A DNA stretch of 64,000 bases from the NCBI GenBank assembly GCA_964019425.1, contig OZ025782.1, forward strand, positions 186,001-250,000. The letters run 5' to 3'. The translations under genes were made by a program, and so were the position numbers. The notes below the pieces were generated by a model, which made no database searches, had not been told where the DNA came from, and saw only the letters and a program-made list of their open reading frames with translations. Positions 20,898-31,251 of the stretch are shown piece by piece. How positions within the stretch are numbered: position 1 is the stretch's first letter; every line of letters starts with the position of its first letter. Origin of the DNA: Flectonema sp. DT1601. Taxonomy: Eukaryota.

Positions 20898-21276
20898 GGG
20901 GGAGTGGGGGGGAAGAATCTTTTTTATAGATTAAATTAATCAACTCTTTTTTGTTTTTCAATTTATATCACAATAATTTCATCATTAAAAAAAAAAAAAA
21001 AAGGAAACATGCAATACTCGTGTAAATGAACATAACTAATATAAAAAATCTTTTTAAAAAAAAAACGCGACTCATCGAGCATGGTTACACCCAACCCTGT
21101 GCTAGTGTATTAGAACCATCGAGGACAACTCTCTTTACGAAACATTTTATCCTTAATAAGGCTTATATGTTAAAAAAAAGAACAGAACCCCCAAAACACA
21201 ACACAACAAATAAAAAAAAAAAACCAAAATAGTTTAAATCTGTGAATTCCTTTCACGTGATTCTAAGAACGCTAAG

Positions 21277-24200
21277 TTATGATTGCTTCGCATTGTGATC
21301 AGCTACATAACCCGCAGTAATAAGTTGATTTTGAATACTCTGTACGTGACACCATGGTGATTGTTTTTCATCAGAGTTTAATTGAATAGAATTTATATGA
21401 AGCACTACAGATGTTAATAGCCTGTGAGGTAATCCTTTTACGTCAATTGGCTGATGAGAATACTTAAAAGAAAAAATAAAAGATCCATCTGTGACTGCAG
21501 ATCCAACAGAAGAAGTAGCATGATGAGAGTTCCACACGTATTGACCAAAAGTTTCAAACGCAGGTGTACTAAGAGCTATTCCCGACACAATCTCATGAGG
21601 ATATTTCATAAACTGACCATCAGAACCATCATAAAACACAACAGATTGAAGTACAGCTGATGGTGTGTAACATTGATTACTTCTTCTAAAATTCAAAGTA
21701 ATCCCGAGATCCCAATAATGCCACGACTTCACTACTGATGATGACTGTATCGTATCTGGTTGTCCTAATTTCAATATAAACTGCTCTGCAAACACAAGTT
21801 TGACCAATTCACTAACTCTTATAATCTCCGATACTGCTTCCTTACATGTTATACATTTGACCTTTGATGGTAGTCGTGTACTTCTGAGGCATAAAGGACA
21901 TGTCTCATTACCAACAGGGTAGTTACCACCCCTAAAACGAAATATCGCAATTTTCCATTTCTTACAAGTGATAGTCATTCCGTAAAGATCATAACTTATT
22001 AAGAATCCTGATATAAAACCCAATAGTTCTAAGGGGAGAATTGAAGCATTTGACTGTTTAGGAAGGCTTTCTTGATCTGTTTCTTGCTGCTCTTCAACCC
22101 AGAAGGGAATATCAGTACTCTCTAAGTCATCTATCAGTCGAGTGTCTTTGTCACTGTTCGTGATTGGAAATTCTATCACAACACTCGCTGCTTTGCGTTT
22201 ATTAATTTGAGAAAATTGTTTGCAGTCTCTCAGTGACACTGTTGACGATGATCGTCTTTCCGTGACAACTGCTTGACTGTTCCATTCCGTGGCAGCTGAT
22301 GCCGGTCTAGAATTCCGATAAATGCTTTCACGTAATTCCGTAAATCGAAGTGGTGCAGAAGGAGGTCTTCGTTTGGTTGAACCCAACTCCAATTTAGAAT
22401 TTTCCTTCCTGTCAGCTGGTAGCTGTGTTTGTACGCTGCTCTTACAACGGCTTGGTAATGTTGCTGAAGCCGCGCGGTGTAACTTTGATGTTGTCTGTAT
22501 TCGGCTTCCTGAAGGCGGTCTGGACAAAGAACGAGTTCGAGTCAAAGTATTTAAGCTTTCTTGCGAGAGCAAAGCAGACTTGGGTCTACTTGAAAATGAT
22601 GTTACTAATTGAAGAATCGGTTCTGTTGAGTTACGCGACTGGTGCCGTGACGCAAGTAAGATGTCCAAGTTTTGTAATTCCAAATCACGTTGCTCACTGT
22701 TACCCTCCACTGCAATACGATCAGTGCTATCCGTTCTCGGAGGAGTAGAGGGAGGTCGATGTAATGAATTGGTACAAATAGTTGACTGAATATCAGTTCT
22801 GTTTAATTGAGTTTGGGGAGACTTGTTGTCATATTTATTTATAACATTCTTCACGCAGCTGTTTCCTTTTACTGGTGCTGACGGTGGTCTGCTACAACAG
22901 GGACTCTGTCTCCCAACATCAATACCAAGAGCCTGTTGTAATTGTGTGTTGTAAGTCAATCTGTTCACAAGACTTGAGGAATTCGTAGAACTGATTACTT
23001 CTGTTTGGGTATCTTCAGAATGTTTGTTTTGTAATAATGCTGAAGGAGGTCTCGTTAATTTCTGTGTCTCTTGTGAAAGTACAGGTGAGTTACTAAGCGA
23101 CGCAGACTGTGATCTATTCCATTGTCGAGAGGTAATCTCTAGAGCATCAAGTGGTGTCTTTCTAGGACCAGTTGGATTCACATCAGTTGCTTCCAATGAG
23201 CAACTGAACGATGCAGACTGAGGTCTGTTGTAAAGATGCGAAGTGAGTTCCGACCAATCAATTCCACTACCAGCTTTTGCAGGACCGCCGCTAAATGATG
23301 CCGAGCGAGGAATGCTACGCTTCGATTCCAAGACACCTGTGACACCACTTGCACTTCTGCTATTTGATATTTTCAGTTGTTGACTCTGAAATGAGGCAGA
23401 CAGAGGTCTACTTGAACCAGACAAGTCAATATGAGATATACTCGTCTGTTTACTTGCTGCAGATGGAGGTCTTCTCACTGATTGTTTAACAGGTGTTGAT
23501 TGTCGTAAGATTGAATTACTTTCAGTAAATCCTTCCGTCTCCTTGACTTTAAATTTATTCAGGGGACTACCAGTTTGATGTTCTACAGCAGTTGGCTGAT
23601 TCTTAGATTCATTCTCTGATGGTATCCTCGTTGCGATAAGTCCACATTGAGTTCGTGAAACACCATTCTGAGAAGTGATATCATTCTCATCACAAGAGTT
23701 GTCGTCGTTTATAAAGTCTTGTGGATGCTGAAAGTGATTAATAGAAAGCAAGTTACCATCAGCTATTCCAGATGAAGACAATGGAAGTGAAGCAGAAGGT
23801 GGTCTTCTGTCACCAAACAGTGAAGCGACAGATGTTGATGGGGTTCGATAACTAACTTTAATACGAGATTGTTTATCGTTGTATTCCATCATTTTAGCAA
23901 CTTCAGATGTCGCTTCCGAAACGTTTTGACTTTCAAACGAACGAGACTTGACAATCGATTGTTTTAATCCACATTGTCTGATTGCTGATTTAGTAGCTGT
24001 TGATTTCATTGTGTGAAATACTGCTTCCGTTCTTACAGAATCAGCTGTATGTTCTTGTGTGAGTGATGTGCATGTTAGTGGATTCTGCTCCCACACCTTA
24101 GCTGCTTCATATATTATAGCTGATGTACTTCTTCCACTCTGCGGTGTTGTCTTGACGACGTGTTTGTGGGAGTCGTGTCTTATGTTGTTAAATATATTTT

Positions 24201-24384
24201 TAGAAGAGTTTGAGATCTTTATTTCTTTTCCTCGACTCCTTAAAGAAGTATTTCTATCAAGTAATAACGACTTAACTTGACGATCCTCTCGTAGTACTTG
24301 AGACGATCTCTTTCGAGAAATGATGTCGGGAGCCATCGTTGTTAGTTCTGAACTGCCTTTTGACTTTCCTTGTTTCCATCTCAT
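21277..24384 (-). CDS. F-box protein with long disordered N-terminus rich in RPxSA motifs
   Basis: Repeated RPPSA/RPLSA/RPQSA/RPKSA/RPASA; F-box-like LPLELLGFISGFLISYDLYGMTITCKKWK followed by two CxxC pairs. First ATG at 24384. Confidence 0.7.
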   Translation of the reverse strand: MRWKQGKSKGSSELTTMAPDIISRKRSSQVLREDRQVKSLLLDRNTSLRSRGKEIKISNSSKNIFNNIRHDSHKHVVKTTPQSGRSTSAIIYEAAKVWEQNPLTCTSLTQEHTADSVRTEAVFHTMKSTATKSAIRQCGLKQSIVKSRSFESQNVSEATSEVAKMMEYNDKQSRIKVSYRTPSTSVASLFGDRRPPSASLPLSSSGIADGNLLSINHFQHPQDFINDDNSCDENDITSQNGVSRTQCGLIATRIPSENESKNQPTAVEHQTGSPLNKFKVKETEGFTESNSILRQSTPVKQSVRRPPSAASKQTSISHIDLSGSSRPLSASFQSQQLKISNSRSASGVTGVLESKRSIPRSASFSGGPAKAGSGIDWSELTSHLYNRPQSASFSCSLEATDVNPTGPRKTPLDALEITSRQWNRSQSASLSNSPVLSQETQKLTRPPSALLQNKHSEDTQTEVISSTNSSSLVNRLTYNTQLQQALGIDVGRQSPCCSRPPSAPVKGNSCVKNVINKYDNKSPQTQLNRTDIQSTICTNSLHRPPSTPPRTDSTDRIAVEGNSEQRDLELQNLDILLASRHQSRNSTEPILQLVTSFSSRPKSALLSQESLNTLTRTRSLSRPPSGSRIQTTSKLHRAASATLPSRCKSSVQTQLPADRKENSKLELGSTKRRPPSAPLRFTELRESIYRNSRPASAATEWNSQAVVTERRSSSTVSLRDCKQFSQINKRKAASVVIEFPITNSDKDTRLIDDLESTDIPFWVEEQQETDQESLPKQSNASILPLELLGFISGFLISYDLYGMTITCKKWKIAIFRFRGGNYPVGNETCPLCLRSTRLPSKVKCITCKEAVSEIIRVSELVKLVFAEQFILKLGQPDTIQSSSVVKSWHYWDLGITLNFRRSNQCYTPSAVLQSVVFYDGSDGQFMKYPHEIVSGIALSTPAFETFGQYVWNSHHATSSVGSAVTDGSFIFSFKYSHQPIDVKGLPHRLLTSVVLHINSIQLNSDEKQSPWCHVQSIQNQLITAGYVADHNAKQS

Positions 24385-24655
24385 CAGTGTGCTGGGAAAC
24401 AATAACTGTAGTTAAAAACTGTTTTTTACAGGAAATTTTTTTTTTTAAAAAAAACAATCTCCTGATCTTTTCATGTTGTTTATTTCCTTTTTTTTGAAGA
24501 AGAAAAAAAAAAAACGGATTAGTCAGAACTCTCAAAAGACACTCAATTCTAAGACAAGAGGCTCTACACAGGTTTTGTGTAGTGTCCGATTCGTAAGCAA
24601 ACAATGAGATTTACTTTCAGATAAATAGATCCTAGTGGGCGTCTGTTTAATCCGT

Positions 24656-26560
24656 TTAGGTGACGTCAGATTTCTGTGGTTCAATCCCGAGAACAAAGCG
24701 ATCGACCACCCACGTTGGGCATTCATCTTGTTGTGGTACTTGCATTACTTCATGTATTGTATCAACCTTCTTCGTACTGTCTTGTTCTTCTTCTGTTTCT
24801 TCAACTTCTTCGTCTTCTTCTTGTTCTTCTAAGGCAACTTGAGACTTTTCAACATCAATTCGTTGTTCTCGACAGAGTTTTTCTAATTTAATGATGTCAT
24901 TCATTAGTTTAATTCTATTCTCAACTCTTTCTTTAATTTGTACAACATCTGGTCCAACGATATGCAGATGGTAGGCAGTTAATATTTGAAGTTCTTTAGT
25001 AACTTCATTAGTGGGTTCCATTGTATTGATAGCGTGAACTGCGTATGGAAATGATCGAATCCCAGCAACTTCAAAGCTTGGATGGGAGCCATCCTCAGGT
25101 TCGTTTAAGCTATAAATAACTAAGGCTTTACCATATGTTCCTATGAGAAGTTCAGTGATGCCATCACAGGTTACGTCTGATGCATGAGCGCATAGCACTC
25201 CTGTTCCAAGCAAACCACCGTCTTCTGTGCAGACAGATCCACCAGAGCTTAGTCTTCCTGCACTGTTTTGCTTACTTAAAGGTGGTATTCCACTTCCAGT
25301 TCCACTCCGTTCCAGTGAATTTTTTGCTGGAGTAACAACCGCTGGTGATCCTAATTGCGCAGAGTGTGTGTGTGCTGTGATTGCTTCTTCGAGTAGGGGT
25401 TCTATTGAGCTACTTGACTGATGAACAATAGAAGATCCGAGACTTCTTTCTCTACAAATTGGAGTTAAGTTCGACATGTCTGGTGATCGTTTAAAAGAAT
25501 TACTTGAAAAAGAAGTCGTATCAGAGAATGGAGGAGAAGGAAGTACCTCATGAGATTGCAAACCATTCTTGTCAACCGACCAAAAGACTATAGCTCGTCC
25601 TACTGCTTCGGTGACAAGAAGATGACGTGGGCCATCTATTTCAGAAAAACCTTCACAGTCACTATCAGGATCAGTAGCAGTACGTGCTCGTGTGAGTAGG
25701 TCGGAGAGTTTCTTATTTGAATTTTGAATTCTCTGCAACCGTTCTCCGGTAGACGTCGAGAAGAAAACAAGAGATGATATCGCTCCGTTCAATAAGATTG
25801 ACTTCATTTCTGTTTCTTCCTTATCGTGTTCTGGAACTATCCAAAGCTGTACCCAACCATCTTGTGAACCAGTAGCCCAAAGATCACGAGTACGACCTAT
25901 ATGATAATCCATTGAGAGGACTGTTTTAGGATCTTGTGTTAAGTGACTAAGGAAGACAACTCTTTCTAACTTAACTGCGATGAATTCAGGGAAGAATGCA
26001 CTTCTTGAAAGGACTAACATACGAACATGGATGACACCATCTGAACCTGAAATAAGAAAACCATTATGCTCTTGACTAGTGTTATGGTTAGAAGAACCTC
26101 CCTGACAGTAGTTCAGAGATCTAATCATCAACGGGTACCAGTCAAGTGATTCACTGCTGGTAACGTTACCTCGGACTTGTCCAGGATCGGTAACCAAAGC
26201 TGTTCTATCATATTTTACTATTGATAAATGTGCTTTAGCTGGTCTCGACACGGATGCAATAAGTAACCACACATCATCAGGAGCTTGTGTCGATACCGAC
26301 ACCGCAATTCCTAGAATTCTACATCCATGAAGTACTCCTGTTAAGTTCAATTCCCTGCAACCATACTGTTGGTCTTGTGGTGATAATACAAAAACAGACG
26401 TTGAACCACTTACGAATGTCAGGGGTGGTCTGTCTGCCAATCCAGGAACACTCGCAAACCCGTTTACCCCACTCGGATTATCCCCTCCGAGATAAAATAA
26501 ACTAATGCCGTTTAAACGAACCTTCGCTTCTTCTTTCTCCGTCAATTCGGGTTGAGACAT
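24656..26560 (-). CDS. KPTN: Kaptin-like (KICSTOR subunit) beta-propeller protein
   Basis: FLISGSDGVIH, TGSQDGWVQL, SDVTCDGITELLIGTYGKALVIY resemble kaptin; Ser-rich insertion and acidic tail. Confidence 0.7.
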   Translation of the reverse strand: MSQPELTEKEEAKVRLNGISLFYLGGDNPSGVNGFASVPGLADRPPLTFVSGSTSVFVLSPQDQQYGCRELNLTGVLHGCRILGIAVSVSTQAPDDVWLLIASVSRPAKAHLSIVKYDRTALVTDPGQVRGNVTSSESLDWYPLMIRSLNYCQGGSSNHNTSQEHNGFLISGSDGVIHVRMLVLSRSAFFPEFIAVKLERVVFLSHLTQDPKTVLSMDYHIGRTRDLWATGSQDGWVQLWIVPEHDKEETEMKSILLNGAISSLVFFSTSTGERLQRIQNSNKKLSDLLTRARTATDPDSDCEGFSEIDGPRHLLVTEAVGRAIVFWSVDKNGLQSHEVLPSPPFSDTTSFSSNSFKRSPDMSNLTPICRERSLGSSIVHQSSSSIEPLLEEAITAHTHSAQLGSPAVVTPAKNSLERSGTGSGIPPLSKQNSAGRLSSGGSVCTEDGGLLGTGVLCAHASDVTCDGITELLIGTYGKALVIYSLNEPEDGSHPSFEVAGIRSFPYAVHAINTMEPTNEVTKELQILTAYHLHIVGPDVVQIKERVENRIKLMNDIIKLEKLCREQRIDVEKSQVALEEQEEDEEVEETEEEQDSTKKVDTIHEVMQVPQQDECPTWVVDRFVLGIEPQKSDVT

Positions 26561-27233
26561 ACACCAACACTACTGAAGAATGAAATATAGTAAACTTCAC
26601 TACCCACAGCCTTACATATAAATACTGTAATATTTACTGACGAATAACCTATCGATTGGTTCCTGTTACGTGAATTATGTCTAATGTCTCATGTGGAGTC
26701 TTCTTAAAAAATTACTAACAAAACCGTGGATAAGATATTCTGCTTACTTTCGTTCGTTCAGTCACCATCACTTAAGACAGTGTCTTACGTCATTGATTTT
26801 ATTATAAGAATCAGGAATTGATAAGCACTGTCTCAAGAAAAATTCATTTTTCACAAAAAAAAAAAAAAAAAGAAAAAACGTCAACTAAAAAGTGAACTAT
26901 ATACGACAACCCATATTGTTTCCATATGGGAAACTACATTAGAGAGTTCAATTTAATCCTACCGTTGTGTGAGTTGTTAGGTAACTCACAGCAACAGAGG
27001 ACCCAACCCGTAGCTGTTTCCGAAGACTCAGCACGGATTGTTGAATTAGCTTCAACAAGTTTTGCACATCAAAGAGTCTAAACGAATGCAAGAGAGGAGA
27101 AGTATATATGACGACTCAAATCGGAAGACTACCACTGAAATTAGATCTCAACTAGGAACAACGTGCGTGACTTCAGAAGTAAGCTAACAAAAGCAGGCTG
27201 GTGACTTTTATTTTTTATTTTATATTTCTTTTC

Positions 27234-27374
27234 GTACCTACAAACCCATTGTTCGGTAGAAAGAGAATTGTGACAGCGTAAACTAACCTATTTCCTTTAT
27301 TAGGATTTTGTACTGGTTGCGCACAAACAAAATAAAAGTGTGAGTGTAAGTAAAAAAGTGATGTTTGCCGATTC
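27234..27374. repeat. Dispersed repeat family A (also 58020-58162; related short forms at 14104-14159 and inverted 39599-39653)
   Basis: Shared core GGTTGCGCACAAA..GTGTGAG..GCCGATTC followed by a T-run. Confidence 0.8.
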
Positions 27375-27969
27375 TTTTTTTGCTCTTCACAAAAACAAAA
27401 GCTCCTAATTGTCGTTTTTTTTTTGAGTCCAAGTCGCAGCTAGGAAGCAGAATTTGGGATTTGGGGAGAGACAAAACGAAACAAAAACAACAGAAAAGGA
27501 AAAAAAAAAAAAGGAAAACGAAAGGGAGGAAAAAAAAAAAAAAAAACAATGACAAATGACAATCCCTTTCGAACAGCAGTAGGGACTACGTCAATTTACT
27601 ATAATCGCAAGAAACAGCTAGTCGTTAACAACATGCTGAATCTCATAAGTATGGATACCAGGGGTATTCTTGCAAGAACAACTAAAAGGAAGAAACCGTT
27701 CCATGATCCTTTAAAATAAAAAAAAAAGGAAGTCAGGTGTCAACTTAATTGAGTATAAGCCTTTCTATTATAGTATTTGTCTACAACTTCTCAGTTAACG
27801 ATCTGTCTTCTCGGGTTCTGCAGTAAGCTGAAGGGAGGGTTATAGGTTTTTTTTTGACAAAAATGTAGCAAAAAAAAAAAAAAAAAAACAGTAATATACT
27901 TTATAATACTAATATAAGCAATAAGGTTAAAACTGAAAAAACAAAAATGAACAGAAGATTGCAATAGCT

Positions 27970-28018
27970 GGGGGGGACTTGGATAAATAAATCAAGGTTA
28001 ACACGCAAGGGGGGGGTT
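27970..28018. repeat. Dispersed repeat family C (also ~28473-28520, ~56728-56766)
   Basis: G-run followed by ACTTGGATAAATAAATCAAGGTTAACACGCAA, identical in three places. Confidence 0.85.
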
Positions 28019-31000
28019 AACAGTTCGAGTTTGTACGTAAAATACAAATGTATTGTATCATAAACAACATAACGATAATTTAACATTAGTTCTGAGATAC
28101 AGTTGACTAAAGGTAATGTTAGTGTAGGTATACACTCTGCAATTGACGTAAATATTTTACATTATAATAAATTTTTCTAACTTAGCTGCATACACATCTC
28201 TTTTTCCGTGTTGTCATTCAGTGCAGTACGGAATCGAGTTATTCAATTTTGAATTAATCGTGAGCCCTGGGAAACCAAAACCAGGGTATAATGTAATACG
28301 ACAGAGTGTAAGTTTCACCTACAAATTACTTGCTTAAAATAGCTGGGGTGAAACTTTGACAATGTAAAAACAGTAACAACTTTAGGGTATTAAAAACAAA
28401 ATTAATATCAAGTATTTGACTGAAAAATATTTGTATTTGTTAATCAAAGAAGCTGCAAAAATGAACAGAAGCTGGGGGGGACTTGGATAAATAAATCAAG
28501 GTTAACACGCAAGGGGGGGGGAATTTCAAACTCTAGTAGACTCAGTACCGACGAATGCGTTTCCACCCTAATAACGGGATAAAATAAAAGTATCGAGAAA
28601 CCTGAGTCAAAAAAAAACAAACAAACAAAAAAAAGTATCAGTTTTAAAGAAACAGGGGGGAAGTAATTCGGAAACACCCCCACCATTAATAGTTTACAAC
28701 GAATTGAAAGCTAACCTGTGAGTTAAAATAGAAGATATCACAAACTATTAGTCGAATTGTTGTGTTGGAGACATTTTTAACCACTAATCACCTAATGGCT
28801 GTAATCATATGCTTGTAAAAAAAAAAACAGGGGAACTCAATAACAAAGAAGCACACCCAAGATCAACATCATGATCTGCACTTCGCAATGCCATTGAGCA
28901 GCACCTTCTGTTTTCAGTGTCCAGGTTGGCTACAAAAACCCTCCCAGAAGTTACAAGAGATGCAGTAGTTATAAATTGACGCAAGTCCCGTCTCACGTTG
29001 TTTTGTTATTTGACGTTGGAGACGGTCTCATGCACGAAGCAAATAGTACAGAGAGGGTGACAAGGGTTAACAACTTTCGTCTCCTTGCCACCGCTGTTAT
29101 CGTCCCCTCGGTACCTCCCGAGAAGTCAGGAGGTAATAAAAAGGAGAAAAAAAAAAAAAAAAAAAAGGAAATTAAAACGACAGGGAACAGAAAAAGCATT
29201 CCAGCCGGCTGTGTAGTGAAAACTTGAACTTTTATTCATCAATTCTTTAGACCGCTTGGTCAACACACAGAAATGAATTTAAAAGATTCAAGTAAGGTCG
29301 AGAATACACACCACTTTATACAATATGGGTGCTTTTTTTTAGAAATTTAAGTACGCAGACCCAACAACAAGACGTAGATGGATCAACGCTACAAAAGGAA
29401 AGCTTTACAAGAATCTAACCAGGACAGATGACAGACTCGATTCTCAAGTGTAAAAGAAATTGCTCTCATGACGCAAGAGTATCTAATTTATGAGACAGAA
29501 CGAGATAGAATCCCGTTTGAAGGAAGTAGTATAAGGTTAATTTGTTTGTAACAAAATAAAAAAAATGAGCCAGTTGATTGATTTTGTTGGGGGGGAAACA
29601 AACAAAAAAAAAAAAGTAAAAACAGATAGAATATTCAACCAACTTCACTTCGTAAGTTTTGTTACCCTCTTCCCCTTTTGTTTTGCAAAAAAAAGGGATT
29701 TATTTTATGGTAAATGCAAAAAGAAAATAACAAAAATATAAACCTGCGGTAAACCGCGCAGCCTGAGAGAAACGGAAATATATTGGACGGGACAAAAGAG
29801 AATATATCTGCAATTGAGGCTGCGTTCGAGCATATCGTTACAAACGGAATTGAGTTCGGTTTGAAAAAATATATTTAATAAAAAAACAACACAATTACTT
29901 CACCATAAAAAAAAGAAATAATTGCCACCAACACCACAATACCAAATAGCACTACGATGTTCAAAGATGGAACATTAATAATATTAAAGCTGTTCCTCCT
30001 AGTTTATTCGCACAACAAAAAAAAAATAACAAAAAAATAAATAATAATAAAAAAAAAAAAAAAAACTATTGATTTAATGAAAATCAAATTGCCTGATTTT
30101 CATTAAATTTTCACACAGGGGGTGGATTTCTATGCCCTTTCTTTACGTCACTCAAATCTGTATCTGATTTTGCATCTAAAAGCGTTTTACTTTACGATAC
30201 GAGGCTTCGAATGGAAAATTTACACCCCTTCAGGTGTCCATCCTGCATCCTTGGCAGCTTCAGTGCACTTTGCTGCTCCACAGGCAGGGTAACTCTGCTT
30301 TCTTACCCCAATTATGAGCCCTGGGTAGAAAATGTTCCTACATCAACTAAGGCCCCCGGTGAGTGACCTGTGTACTTCTACATACACAGATGGTATACCA
30401 GGGTATATTAATTCCCTTAGACTCTGTCGTAGCATTCCAACACCAAGGATAAGAACGATGTCTTTGGTTTGTAGTCAACGTTGAATTCAGCCTAGTCTAG
30501 ATAACACGATTGCCAATACAAGAAAGCCTCGCATGATGTCTGTTGTTGCAGTCTCTTCCTTGAATGGTATGTGACCTGACCTTGCACATTATCTGGTTTT
30601 TCAAGATAGGTAAGCCTGACTGCGTATTTATCACTATGAGTATTTAACCCCAAGTTTGTTCCTCTTTAGGTGTACGCCCCATGTGGTGAGACCTTTCAAA
30701 AAATGCGAGGACAATACAAGCAGAAATCCCTCTAAAAAAAAAAAAAAAAAAAAAAATTCCAATTTCAGAAAAATGAGTCTTCTGTAAAAACATGTCCAGG
30801 CGTGAGATAATGAACACATTATTTCACGCTCGCAACAGCCCTAACCAAAATGCGTGTAATTAAATTCGGTATTAAAAAGAATTGGCTTTATCTTAAAACT
30901 ATACAGAAAATATTAATATAATATTATTACTGTGATTTTTTGTTTGTGTCCGAAACCGTGAACCGACTTAAACTGATAAAGCTAAAGGAGGTTTACGTGT

Positions 31001-31251
31001 GCTGCCAACATTCTTTTTTCGTTCTTACAATACTTGTTAAATGCAAAAAAAAAAGAAAACTTCACGCTCAGCAGGGAGTGAAATACTACACTTTCTGATT
31101 TTCACTGCAAGTGTAAATTTTCCCTAAGAATCCAGAGAGAGAAAAAAAAAAAAAAAAAAAAAGAAAGTAATCTTATCGATTCCAATCATAAACAAAGTCT
31201 GTAAATAAATTCATAAGTTCCTTTGGAGTTTCGATGTCGTTTTTACCCGAC

